Below, piece after piece: positions 51,613-64,000 of a stretch of 64,000 bases of DNA. The stretch is from assembly GCA_965287045.1 (NCBI GenBank), contig OZ336879.1, positions 35,588,001-35,652,000 on the forward strand. Reading direction: 5' to 3'. The notes below the pieces were generated by a model. The model worked only from the letters and a program-made list of their open reading frames with translations. It did no database searches and was not told where the DNA came from. A program made the position numbers and the translations under genes. Positions within the stretch are counted from its first letter, which is position 1, and every line of letters starts with the position of its first letter. This DNA comes from Carcharhinus amblyrhynchos. Its lineage: Eukaryota.

Positions 51613-51789
51613 TGAAGCATGAATTCGCTATGATAGATGGAGGAACTTCATTAAAGGCATGACAGTAGATAAGCAATAGCTATTTTGCTTGGAACAAATG
51701 TATGCATTGCAACAGTCATACATTGCTATCCAGTGTAAAAACACAAAGCTGCCAATGGGGAGCATAAAATTCTGGCCATGTCTATCTTT

Positions 51790-52310
51790 ATGAAAACCCT
51801 TACTAACTGGTCTCTTAATTAGTCCTTGCACCTTCAAAAATCGATGCACATTAACCTGAGGTCCCTCTTGCACACTCTTTAGAATTGTGCCATTAAATCT
51901 GTAATGCTTCGCCCTATCCTATCTGTCAAAATGCACCACCTCACACTTCACTGTATTCTCTGCAACTTGTCTGTCCATTCTGCTAGCCTACTGTTGCAAT
52001 CAATTGATATCATCCTCACATCTTAAAGTTTCATTTTATTGGAACTTTTTGAAATTATACTATTGTATTTTAATATCCAAGTAATTTATATTCATCAAAA
52101 AGAGCAGTGGTCCTAGCTGTTTAGCATTCTCCAATTTGAAAAATAAACATTTATCATGACTCGTTGTTTTCTATTCTATACTTTTCATTATCCAAGCTGG
52201 CACTGACCCTTCTATTTCACAAATCTCAATTATGTTAACCAACCTTTTATGTGGTACATTGTCAAAAGCTTTCTTAAAATCCGTAGAGGCAACGTCCATG
52301 CATTGCCCAA
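51790..52310 (-). mobile_element. Old CR1 RT fragment
   Basis: Minus strand DF.KAFDNVPHKRL (gaaagcttttgacaatgtaccacataaaaggttgg) and C-terminal motifs. Confidence 0.7.
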
Positions 52311-53713
52311 TCTGACAATCTAGAAATGGCAATCTCAGACCCTCCTTCTACATATTTTAGTTCCACCATTGCAACTAAAAATGTCATTTTGCCTGAAATC
52401 ATGCAAAGCACCCATCACTTGCTCCTATATGCATACTGGTTACTTATTAGCAATGATCCTAACTCATTATAAAATTAAGGGTTGAGGGTGGGGATGAGAT
52501 ATTTTGAGGTTTGAGGCATGAAACCAGTTTGGCAACACTAAGTATTGTTTGTTGTTCATTTCAAAGGCCTCAGATCCAACTGAGTGTTGCAACTAAGATG
52601 TTTTGACATATTCAGCAAACAGTGAGAAAGTAACAAATTCCTTTAGTCAGTCTTATTTTCTTTTACTTAACATGACTCATATAATCAAAGATTATGATAT
52701 CAGTTCTGATAACAAATTAATGGTTGACTTTAATTTTGCCTGAAATCTATGTCACTTTCAGAAACCAACTGTTGGAGCAAATGCTTTGCGCACTGTGACC
52801 TTGTTGTTTGGCTAATCTTTTCTCTAAACTTTGACCACATAGCAAATGCCTTAGTCTTTAGCTTTTCAGCACAGCTTACTTAATTTTGAAACCTTACAAA
52901 TCCACAATCCTCATGCTAATGTCTAAAGGCTGCAAGGTCAAGAATTCTCCTTGGCTTTAAAGGCAAGGATCTTGCAAGCAATTTACCAGATCATTGGTGA
53001 TAGTTTTGTGATGCTGCCATTGTTTGACTTTCATGAAAAGTAGTGTTACAAAGAATTTACTACAGAGCATTCCACACCTAATAAACCAACATTCAGTGAG
53101 TAAATCATTCCCAACACATTTTAAAAAGTACCTTGGGGTTATATAAATTATACCACAATTCCAAGTAAACTATGCAACTTGTGATAAAACCACAATTTCT
53201 TTGATAGCAATTGGCATGTTTTGTTTTTGCTAAGAAAAGATGTATGTTATTATGTTTTAACTCTTATCTCTTCAGGTGATTGAGTCCCTCAGTTAAAAAA
53301 ATGAAACTGCTGCTCCCATTAGCAAACAAATTCAAACTGCTGCTGTCCTTTGTAAGCAATAGGATCAGGTTCACTGTGGATTTAAACCCTTATCAACAAA
53401 ACTACAATGTGGAATAATGGGCCTGAGTTTCCACAGAGTGGCAATTAGAGTTGGAATGCCACTCCCTTTCTACTCTCTTTCTTTCCAATTCTTCCGATCC
53501 TTTCTTACCTGTGAAGGGTTGCCATGGATCTATACAATAGTTACCTGGAAGTAAGAAGTGATTTTGAATGTCATTGTGGAACTGTATCTGAGCAAGGGAT
53601 CAAAGTCAAACTGAAATTGAACAAGCAGACAACTGTAACCAAACAAGCAGACAACAAGCAGGCAAACTGTAGCAAGGAAGCAATATGTAAATGTATCCTA
53701 ATTCAAAGACACT

Positions 53714-54612
53714 GTGAAACTGTATATCTAACAAGGAGACAATGTGGAACTGTACCTTAAGAAGAAGTCAATGTGGAACTGTACCCCAACAAGGAGACAA
53801 TGCAGACTTGTACCCTAACAAGGAGACAATGTGGAACTTTAACAGGGAGACAATGTGGAACTGTACCCTAACAAGGAGACAATGTGGAACTTTAACAGGG
53901 AGACAATGTGGACCTGTACCCTAACAAGGAGACAATGTGAAATTGTACCCTAACAAGGAGACAATGTGAAATTATACCCTAACAAAGAGACAATGTGAAA
54001 TTGTACCCTAACAAGGAGACAATGTGAAATTATACCCTAACAAGGAGACAATGTGAAATTGTACCCGAATAAGGACACAATGTGAAATTGTACCCTAATA
54101 AGGAGACAATGTGGAACTGTACCCTGGCAAGCAAACAATGTGGAACTATACCCTAACAAGGAGACAACGTGAAATTGTACCCTAACAAGGAGACAATGTG
54201 AAATTGTACCCGAATAAGGAGATAAGGTGGAACTGTACCCTGACAAGAAGACAATGTGGAACTGTATCCTGACAAGCAGACAATGTGGAACTGTAGCCTA
54301 ACAAGCAGACAATGTGGAATGTACCCTAACAAGGAGACAATGTGGAACTGTACCCTAACAAGGAGATAATGTGCAACTTTACCCTGACAAGAAGACAATG
54401 TGGGACTGTACCCCAACAAGGAGACAATGCAGACTTGTACCCTAACAAGGAGACAATATGGAACTTTAATTGGGAGACAATGTGGAACTGTACCCTAACA
54501 AGGAGACAATGTGAAATTGTACCCTAACAAGGAGACAATGTGGAACTTTACTTTAACAGGGAGACAATGTGGAACTGAATCCTAACAAAGAGACAATGTA
54601 GAACTCTACCCT
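53714..54612. repeat. Minisatellite, 29-bp unit (CCCTAACAAGGAGACAATGTGGAACTGTA), about 30 copies with 24-bp variants
   Basis: Head-to-tail units with point variants and no unique spacers. Confidence 0.95.
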
Positions 54613-54685
54613 TGAAAGGGACAATGACTTCAGGGGAGACATGTAATAGAGACCATTAAAAATAGCTAGGCTTGAGGATTCTGAG

Positions 54686-56085
54686 GGCAGGGTTTTTAAG
54701 GAGGAGGCGGTAAGTCAAGTTGGCAAAATGCCAAATCCTGGACCCAGCTCACCTTCATATAATGGAGGAGGGTCAGAATGGAGGCAAACCTGTGGCAGCA
54801 ACATAGTCAGGTAGATGGTAACGCAAACAGGCTGAAACACCCAGATCTGGGAAATCAGCCTGGATTTATTGATGAATATCAGGCCCACAAACCTTCTCCC
54901 CTCATTATCTCCTTCTCCTGTGAGCTCGCCACCAACTCCTCATCCCAATGCTATGTCCCCTCATATTCACCATAACCTTCATAGGCCCATGCTGCTATAT
55001 ACCTTCATGCCTCTTTTATGCACCTTCCATGCTCTCTCACACCCTTTTATGCCCCCATATATCCCATATTTACATGACACCTCATACTCCATGTTTTCAT
55101 GCCCCTCAAGTCTCCATAGCTGCCTCATATTCTTCTCCTCCTCTTCATGCCCCCATATATCTATAGCCACTCACCCAGTGTCCTCTATGGTTAGACCCCA
55201 GAGTCATATCTTTGAAATGTAGATGAAAAGAAAATAAACTTCTAAATATTTAATAGAGTTCTCACTCAATTGTACTTCCCGTAGAAAAAGAAAACTCATG
55301 CATCAAATCAGTTCAAAAATATGAATCCCCTCATGTGGCCAGCCCATTGTAAAAACCAACACATATTGATTTCATGAACCAGAAAAACAGATAATTCATT
55401 AACAGCCCCTTGAAACTTTGAATCAAAATGGAAACATATCACTGCTGCGATAGATTTTTCTGGATCTTTTGAAACTCAGCCAATCATTCATAATGAATTT
55501 AGATTATAATAACAAATGTTTGTAAATATTAACAATGGAAACAATTGAAGTTGAAAAATCAGGTTTTTTTTAACTAAGCTACCCCAGATATCCTGTTAAA
55601 GCAACTCAGGGGCAGGTGAAGTCTATTTTAAGTGAAATCTGTTGAAGGATTTTTCATTTAAATAAGACTCTGGGCATTTAAATTACAACATATTATCATA
55701 TGAATGATTTCAATCACTGCAGTAAAATCATATATAACTTATGTAGCACTTTAACTTTTGAAACTGAAAGAACAATTTATTTTGTATTGAAATGTCTGTC
55801 AATGAAAGAATTACAGCAGCAAATGACTCTATTTTTTTTTTGATTCCCCACTTGGGGCTGGGGTACATGTTTCCTACGAGAGGTCGCAAAGCAGATCTAC
55901 TTACTGCTAAAAATTCCAGAGGGCTAGCATTTAAACTGCCCACTCTCTCAAAGGAGCCAACAAGGATGGGTGTGCTGCATGCATGTAGGCAATCCATACT
56001 GACATCCTATTATGGCAAGAAATGGGAATGGGGGCAGAAATCCCAGATTCGGATCCTGCCCACCATTTCTGAAAATTATCCGAGT
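54686..56085. mobile_element. Decayed non-autonomous DNA transposon
   Basis: gggcagggtttttaag start and ...cctgcccaccatttctgaaaattatcc end; architecture shared with 20447-21516. Confidence 0.4.
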
Positions 56086-56199
56086 CATCTTAACTCGGAA
56101 GATATCTGGGCCTCAGTCTCTGTACCTCATATGGCATCCGACAACAATGAAGCTTTTTTAATACTTTCACAATTGTGACATTATAGAACCCAACAATCA

Positions 56200-56487
56200 A
56201 GTGGGCAGTGGTTAACACTGATGTCTCACAGCTCCAGCCCTGTGTCTGTGTGGGTTTCCTCCGGGTGCTCCAGTTTCCTCCCACAGCCCAAAAATGTACA
56301 GGTTAGATTGATTGGCCATGATAAGTTACCCCTTAATGTCCCGGGATGCATATGTTAGATGGGTCAGCAAGGTAAATATGTGAAGTTTCAGGGATAAAGC
56401 CTGGGTGAGATTGTTGTTGGTGCAGACTCAATAGGATGAATGGCCTCCTTCTGCACTGGAGGGATTCTATGATTCTATGGTTCTATG
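56200..56487 (+). mobile_element. HE1-type SINE with head deletion
   Basis: gcagtggttaacactg head, V-domain and gattctatgattctatg tail. Confidence 0.88.
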
Positions 56488-57269
56488 AGATGCTACACTG
56501 AAACAAACCCACTCTGATAGGACTTAATATTTCTTTCAGGCAAATCATTTTTAAACATTTGTCCATGTCATAGTTGTTAAAGATTGGTTGGATTATGCTT
56601 TCTTTGAAATGGAACATAGATTGGTAACATAGCAACCAGGACATATTCCAACTGTGAGATCATTCTAATAAGACCCTTCACTGCGAAATGTAATTATACA
56701 GTTGCAGCTCTAAAGTTTTACCCAGTACGCAAACAATACATAAACTAACCACACAATAAACAGCTGGAATCTAGAAAGTGAAGGACTGTATCAGCATGAA
56801 AGGATTCAAGAGATGCCATAAATCACTCCTCCACTCTCTAAAATGAGTCTTGACTGAAACCAGGGCTATAATTAAACAAAGGCAAGGATAAAAAAAGATT
56901 TTATTTGAAGCATCAGTTTCATAGAGATTTATTTTGTCAACCTTGTATTGCATGGGGATCTGTTCATCGGGTTCTAGATTTAAGGTTGACCTTTGTAGCC
57001 CATTTTCTTTGCTCTGGAATAATAAGCTCCAGTTCACTCATGGAATAATAAGCAGCAATGAATTGTATGTATGGAGTTCCTTCAGTGCAAAAACTGTGCC
57101 AAAGCAACTTCCCTTAAACAGCAGAGAGCTAAGAAGCAAGAGATTGGGAGGGGTGAGCAAAAATTGGTGAAAATAATGGGTTTTGAAAAGATGCTTAATG
57201 ACAGTGATGGTGGATACATTGGTTTTCTGCTTCTAGAATTCCATAGACCTAGAATGATCCCTGTGGCTA

Positions 57270-58870
57270 TAAGTAATCCCAATATAGTACAGAGAACGAC
57301 AGGCCAGTAAGCCAAACATCAACCTATTAGAAAAAGGCTGGAATCTATTATTAAGGAAGTGGTAACAGGGCACTGAGAAAAACACAATATGTTGAGGCAA
57401 AGTTAACCTTGTTAATTAAGGCAAAATTGGGCGGAGTTTTACTGCCTGGCTCGGGCGAGACCGGAAATTCCCACCCGAGGTCAATGGGGATTTCTGTCGT
57501 AAGACCTCGCTCGCTCCTTCCATGGCCAGTGAGGTGGTAGAGTTTCAGCCATTGTGTTTGATAATCTGTGAAGGGTTTTTGTGGGTTCATGTGGAGAACT
57601 AGTGATTGTAGAGCATTTCAATTTTCAAGAAGAATTTGATCAGATGCCACAAGAGGTGTAATACACACAATTAGGAGCCATGGGATTGGGGATAACATAA
57701 TTGCTTGGTTTGAGGATTGGTGAATGGACAGAAAGAGACAGCTGAGTTCTCCTGCTGCACTGGTGATGGCCTGGGAAGAAGAATGGCTTGCAATTTGGAA
57801 CAGGAAGGCATCAGGGTAGAGAACCCAATGTCTTCCAGCTGTCATGATATATAGCTCGGGGCAAACACCATCCACCCACTGGATGGCCAACAAAGCCATT
57901 TAACAGAACAATTAAGAGCTACTTCCTGCTCCCACTGACAGCTTTCCCATGAGGAAGGGCCTGCCCTTATCTGAGTAGACAGCCAGGTAAATCCTGGTGG
58001 ACTCCCACTGAGTTTGTGGAGGGGGTTTTCACTGATGGGCACTCCATTGCCCAGGGAAGTCTCTCCAATGGCAATAGTCGCCCACTGCAGCAATGGCCCC
58101 AGTAGTGCACTAAACTCCCCATCACCCAAATAAGCCACGCTCTATTGCCAAGTCCTGCATATCTCACTCCACCTTCCTCCCTGAAACTTATTTGTTCCTC
58201 AAGTGTGCCCCCTCTCTGGTGATGCAGCCTCAGCAGCAGCTCCCATGACAGTGGCCCAGCTGAGCTGATTAGGCCAGCAGCCCCAGGGTGAGGGCCTCTT
58301 AGCGAGTCGCTGCCACCAAAATGTTGTGCCGTGATTCTATCATGAGAGGCTGCCTCTCACTCCCATTCTGGGTGGAATAAAATCCAGATAATACACAAAA
58401 TTCAGCCCAGATTTAAATAGAAAAGGATCACAGGCAGGGCAACACAAGAATCAATGCTTAGGCCTCAGTTATTTATAACCTATTACAATGACTTAGATGT
58501 GGAACTTGCTGTAATATATCCAGGTTTGCTTGCAATACTATGTGAAATGGGAAAGTAAGCTGTGGGGAGGATGCAAAGAGGCTGCAAAGGAGTTCTTTAT
58601 TCTTTCATTGGATTTGAGATTTATTGACAAGGCCAACATTAGTTGCCCATCAGTAAGTGCTCTTGAGATTTAGACAGGTTACATGAGTGTGTAAGGATGT
58701 TGCAGATGGATTATAAGATGATGAAATATTATGTTATCCACTTTGATGAGAAAAATAGAAATGTAGAATAATTTCCAGAAGATGAGAGAGTGGGAAAAGT
58801 TAGTATTCAGAGATGCTTAGGTGTCCTAGTGCACAAATCACAAAAAGTTCATTTGCAATCTCAGCAGGCA
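57270..58870 (+). mobile_element. Old CR1 RT remnant fragmented by MITEs (57429-57551 and about 57740-58410) and a LINE tail
   Basis: gagaacgacaggccagtaagcc (NYRPVS), tttcaagaagaatttgatcagatgccacaagagg (FQKAFD.VPH.R), atgcttaggcctcagttattt (VLGPQLF). Confidence 0.7.
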
Positions 58871-58899
58871 ATTAGAAATCAGTAGTGGATAAAAGAAAA

Positions 58900-61000
58900 G
58901 GATCCTGAAGTTCATTGCTGTAGCTCTACTGGAGGGCTGGGGGTGGGGGGCGCATTCCCAGGGTGTGTTGGAGGGCTTTGAAAGCACATTGTCCTGACAG
59001 CACAAAGCTCTACGAACCAGTGCAGTGCCAAATTTAGACCTTGTCGATCCTGACATTCTAGCAACGGTGACGCTAGAAGATAGTCCCCGCACTCGCATTC
59101 CTTGAAGAACTAGGCACCCAAGAAAAAGCGTTTGTAAGAACTTCTGCTATTGCAATATTGCTGGAAATACTCTGGAGTGCTTTTGGAAGTGCTGTGGAGA
59201 GTTTAGGATTTGGCAAGGAATGTTGCTGATCTTCAAAGAGAGGATTGAGGATTAGGTGACTTGTCCCCACAAAATCTGTCACAGGTATTTAGAACAGCAG
59301 TGACAGAGCCTCTTAGCCTACAGCATGCCAGTGCGCTGAAGCAAACATTGCAGGGAGCACAAGCTTCGTGTGATGTCCTCTCCCAAAATGGAGCTGGATT
59401 TTGCCCCTTAATGGTGGCAGGAGACTGTACAGCAGACCAGACAACACACCCAATATCAATGTGCATTTTTATCAGTGTTCTCCTGTGGACCATGATCATC
59501 ATTTGAGTCTTCTGCAGCAGAACTCATCTGGAACTTCACCTTTTGCTGAGCTAACACTGGTCTAACACAGGTCTGGTTGTAGCTCACTCAGGCCTGGATG
59601 ATTTACCATATGCTGATACGAACATCATGCTTGCCTCCAAGGTACATGCAGTGCCAGTGAGATAATTGACTAGGCTTCTTCGTTGATACTGTGCTGCTGT
59701 TATCTCTATTCCTCCTTCTGCCCCCAGGTGTCTGCCATTCCTGAGCACAAAAACCAATGCTGACACTCAAGTGTAATGCTGCACTGTCAATATGCTACCT
59801 TTGGGTGAGGCCTTAAATCAAGGCTGTATCTGTCATCTTAGGTGAATATAAAAGATCCCATCTCACCATTATGAAGAAGAACACTGTGTTAACTTCAGAG
59901 ACCTGGCCATCATTTATCCCTCAATCAACAAGTGATCCGGTCATTATCATATTGCTGTTTGTGGGAGTTTGTTGTGCACAAGTTGACTGCCTCCACTCCT
60001 ATATTACAACAGTAAGTCCATTTCAACAGTAATTTCATACTGCAGCACAATATGAGACATCCAGTGATTATGTCAGATATATAATTACAAGTCTTCTCCC
60101 TTGGCTGACTAGACAGCAGTTCTTGGAAATCTGGAGAAGCAAGTTGGTGTGAAGGGTGGGGTGGAATGGAGAGCAAGAGGTTCATGGTCACATCATCTGC
60201 AGCTTGCAAATCATGCCAGATTTCAGGATGAGACTGATGTCAGCATTGAGAAGAAGCGCAAAGGAGGAATATAACTCATCCTCAATATTCTCAGCGATTC
60301 CAATGATACCGGTTACATTGCTGCTGGACCTATGTTGCTGAAAGCCAGCTCTTTTGTCAGACTTAAGAGCTGCAGATGCCTTTGTCCCCTGCTAGTTCTG
60401 TTTTGCCCCTTCTATTGTGTGCTACCTTGTCTCCAAAGAAAAACAGCAAAATGTCAGTGATTGCACTGTGTTTGGATGATGTTCCTGCCGTAGCTGAATA
60501 GCTGGAAGTTTGAGGAGTTGAGCAAGATGTATGCATAGTTCTGGCAGTATTGATAGGTGTGTAAGGATGAAATGGATGCTCGGCCTAAATCCTGAGTGCC
60601 AGGGACTGTTAATGGGTGAATGATGGGAGGAATATGGTTCACTGAGCAATGTGAAAGGCTGGTTGATCAATGGAAAGGAGATGTCATTGATAAAACATGT
60701 GACCATTCAGGAAAGACATGCCATTGCTACTACATTCTTGTTAGGACACAATAATTTGATCGCTCTGGCCATCTGTTTCCATCCTTTCAGAGGGTGGACC
60801 TTGAGGGTCTCGTAGCCCCCTGTGGATTCGTTGCATCTTTCCTCTTGTACACCTTCACCATCAGATGTAACATCCTTAAACCCTCTCTTTGCCTTGGTAT
60901 CTAGTTTTTCATTATTTAATTCCACAAATATTATGCAGTGGTGCTTCTTTCTGAGGCGGGCAGCTCGCTTTAAGAAGAGCAGGCTAGCTGCCCCAAGTGG
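58900..61000 (-). pseudogene. Harbinger Myb/SANT-like gene remnant with probable introns, split by a Deu-SINE
   Basis: MLHLMVKVYKRKD...WKQMARAI...TRM**QW (SANT), and after a spacer DKVAHNRRG/RTSRGQRHLQLLSLTKELA (K.AHNRRE..RTGGG motif); the 58900-59750 part is assigned by context only. Confidence 0.55.
59757..60090 (+). mobile_element. Deu-domain SINE (SacSINE1/AmnSINE1-like)
   Basis: aggtgaatataaaagatccca...tgaagaaga...cctggccatcatttatccctcaatcaaca...cattatcatattgctgtttgtgggag. Confidence 0.75.
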
Positions 61001-61209
61001 TTTCTGCACAATGCTACTTGGATCCTCTACGGGCGCAAGGATAGCTGGCAGAGAGCAGTGGGAATAAACTGTGCAAGAGATATTCAGCCAAACTATAATC
61101 CTACAACTGAAATGTGTGCACCAAATTTTATGTGCTGCTAAATTCTTTCAGAATTGGCATGGGCAAGTTGGAAATTGTGGTCTCTGCACCAATCTTTAAA
61201 ATCATGGAG

Positions 61210-61557
61210 TAGAATCATAGAATCCCTACAGTGTGGAAGATGCTATTTAGCCCACCAAATCTGCACTGACTCTCTGACACTGTACCTTACTCTTGCCCTC
61301 TGCCCCACCCTATCTTCATAATCCTACACATTTCCCGTAGTTAATCCCCTAACCTACACATCTTGGGACAATTTAGCATGGCTCCTAATCCACTTAACCT
61401 GCACATCATTTGGGAGGAAACCAGGGCACCTGGAGGAAACCCATGCAGACACGGGGAAATGTGCAAATTCCACACAGACTGTAACCCAAGGCCGGAATCA
61501 AATCAGGTCCCTGGAACTGTGAGGAAGCGGTGCTAACCATTGTGCCACCATGCCGCC
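61210..61557 (-). mobile_element. HE1-type SINE, full length
   Basis: tagaatcatagaatcc tail, V-domain and tRNA head. Confidence 0.9.
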
Positions 61558-61584
61558 ACATGAGCTCTTGAACTTTTACACCAA

Positions 61585-62095
61585 TGCGTAGGGCTGGAAT
61601 ATTGTACATAGTTTGGGTCCCCTAATCTAAGGAAGTATTATTTGACTTAGAGGGACTGCAACAAAGATGCAGAGAAGTGATTCCTGGGATGGGAGGGCTG
61701 TCCTATGAAAAGAGATTCAATAGACGAGGCGTACATTCTGTAAAGTTTGGAAGATAAAAAGTGACCTGACTGAAACATATAAGATTCTTCAGGAGCTTGA
61801 CAAGTTAGATGCTGAAAGAATGTTTCCATTATAGGGGGTCGAGAACTAAGGATTACAGTCTCAGCACAAAACATCAGCCATTCGTGATAAAAATAAGGAG
61901 AACTCTTCTTAATCATAAAGTATGAACCTTCAGAATTTCTGTGGATGTGAAGTTGTTGAGTGTGTTCAGGACAGATTGTTACATTTTTGAGCATTTAGGG
62001 AATCATGGGATAGAGGCAGGAGAAGTTGAGATTGAATCTCAACCATAATCATATTCAATTGTGGCACAAAATCGAAGGATTGAATGGTCTAACTT
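61585..62095 (+). mobile_element. Old CR1 3' end
   Basis: ctggaatattgtacatagtttgggtcccc (LEYC.QFW.P) and gtgacctgactgaaacatataagatt (GDL.ETYKI). Confidence 0.75.
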
Positions 62096-63166
62096 GTTTA
62101 CTGATCTACTGGAATTTTTAAAACACTGAACTTAAATTGCCAAGGTAGGATTTGAACTTGCATTCAGCTTGCCTATTCATCAGTGTCCAGATTGCTGTTT
62201 TTACAACACAACGATTTGCAGTACCATAGAAATTTAAAGCTCAGCTCTGGCTTGAGAAGCATAATAAGATTTTACACAATCAATAGAGTTAAAACCATTC
62301 CACACCATCAAATTTTCACAAGCTGTGCAATACCAAATCCCGTCCTAGCTGCATTGCTAAGTGGCCCTCACTGGTGGCTTTAAAAGTTTAAATTACTCAA
62401 ATTAATCCATTATACTGGCATAAGGTGCTTCTCATATTCTAGTCAAAACCACTAGTGTGAACAGTACAATAAAATACTTTAATCTCTAGATGGTTGCTTT
62501 TATTTCCTGCTATTTCTAACATCTCCCCAGACTGCATCGTTATTGCCAATTATTCCAAGATCTAAAGTGTTTTGTGTTCTGTATACTTTTTCATCATTCA
62601 GTGGATGTTGTTCCCTCTCTGTGCAACAATATTCCTTCCGATCCTTTTTATTCCTCTGTCATCACTAAATGATAATACATTTTGGATTATTGCTACCTAG
62701 TCATTTGGCCCATTTCCAGAAAGTCTGCTTCAATCAGCCTGTCACTCCTGTTGGTTCCACAACCTCTGCCCCTAACCCAACACAGTCTGGTGTCAGTCGG
62801 AACAGAAGTATTTCCTGTTGCTAGCACACCACAGTCTCCCATCCACTCATCAGAGTTTCTGTAATCTTAGTCCCAGCCACTACAATTATTGGTACCTTCC
62901 CGTCTGCTCTTATGAGTGTAATATAAACTGTTTACTGGTAGACACCTCAAAAGCCACAACCAAATTCTTTCAAAATGCTAAACACTCCATCCCCTCCAGC
63001 AAGATTACTATCCAAATAACAAAATATTTCCAGAACTTTAGCTGTCAAAAATTGTAAAACAGAACCACATATACTGAAAAAAGAACATCTGGGACAATTT
63101 TAAAGCATCATGCAAACTACTGACAGATGACCATTTTGCCTAATGTGTTGCCAATAGAATTCGTCA

Positions 63167-63440
63167 TGGTGGCACATTGGTTAGCACTGCTGCCTCACAG
63201 CACCAGGGACTTTATTCAATTCCATGCTTTGGTCATTGTCTGTGCGGTGTCTGCATGTTCTCCTCGTGATTGCGTGGGTTTCCTCCGGGTTCTCCAATTT
63301 CCTCCTACAGTCCAAAGATCTGTTGGTTAGGTGCATCGGCCATGCTAAATTCTACCTCAGTGTACCTGAACAGGCACCGGAGTGCAGCACCTAGGTGATT
63401 TCCACAGTAACTTCACTGCAGTCTAAATGTAAGCCCACTT
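63167..63440 (+). mobile_element. V-domain SINE with an alternative (non-HE1) 3' tail
   Basis: tRNA head and V-domain, then caggcaccggagtg...cacagtaacttcactgcagt..aatgtaagcc instead of the HE1 tail; cut by the adjacent CR1. Confidence 0.8.
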
Positions 63441-63990
63441 AGAATCATAGAACCATACAACATTACAGCACAGAAACAGGCCCTTTGGCCCTTCTTGGCT
63501 GTGCCAAACCATTTTTCTGCCTAGTCACACTGACCTGCACCTAGACCATATCCCTCCACATCCCTCTCATCCACTTACTTGTCCAAGTTTCCTTAAATGT
63601 TAAAAGTGAACCCGCATTCACCACTTTATCTGGCAGCTCATTCCACACTCCCACCACTCTCTGTGTGAAGAAGCCCCCCCAATATTCCCTTTAAACTTAT
63701 CCCCCTTCACCCTTAACGCATGCCCTCTAGTTTTTTTCTCCACTAGCCTCAATGGAAAAAGCCTGCTTGCATTCATTCTATCGATACCCATCATAATTTT
63801 ATCTACCTCTCTCAAATCTCCCCTCATTCTTCTACGCTCCAGGGAATAAAGTCCTAACCTATTCAACCTTCCTCTGTAACTCAGTTTCTCAAGTCTCAGC
63901 AACATCCTTGTAAACCTCCTCTGCACTCTTTCAACCTTATTAATATTGTTTCTGTAATTAGGTTATCAAAACTGCACACAATACACTGCA
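63441..63990 (-). mobile_element. CR1 LINE 3' end
   Basis: QRRFTRMLLRLEKLSYRGRLNRLGLYSLERRRMRGDL...TRGHALRV; tail ttctatgattcta. Confidence 0.92.
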
Positions 63991-64000
63991 CATTTCTGAC

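Noticed and set aside
53714-54612. CRISPR-like array of ~29-bp repeats
   Set aside because: The units are head-to-tail with no unique spacers, there are no cas genes, and the context is vertebrate; it is a minisatellite.

Overview
Eukaryotic, repeat-rich, essentially non-coding vertebrate DNA. The repeat content points to a cartilaginous fish, most likely a shark: HE1-type tRNA/V-domain SINEs with (ATTCTATG)n tails, CR1 and L2 LINEs, Deu-domain SINEs, a Rex1 3' end, Penelope-type ends with minimal hammerhead motifs, and PIF/Harbinger fossils and MITEs. I could not support any intact host protein-coding gene. Every ORF I could recognise is a decayed transposon piece: CR1 RT, APE and ORF1 esterase, Gypsy pol/integrase, Harbinger DDE transposase and Myb/SANT protein. 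The window reads as a large intron or gene desert with several repeat-free blocks that look like conserved enhancers. The most notable items are: (i) a young, CpG-rich composite retroposon (9142-9661) with a degenerate SINE head and a structured 5' extension carrying a splice acceptor, nested in a CR1 that is nested in a TAA-flanked Harbinger MITE; (ii) short insertions carrying hammerhead-ribozyme relics, two of them TSD-flanked; (iii) a two-gene convergent Harbinger fossil; (iv) a Gypsy fossil with both LTRs; (v) a candidate 36-nt microexon. Family names come from my recall of consensus motifs, not from database searches, and boundaries of decayed elements are approximate. I found no evidence for a novel intact protein-coding system.
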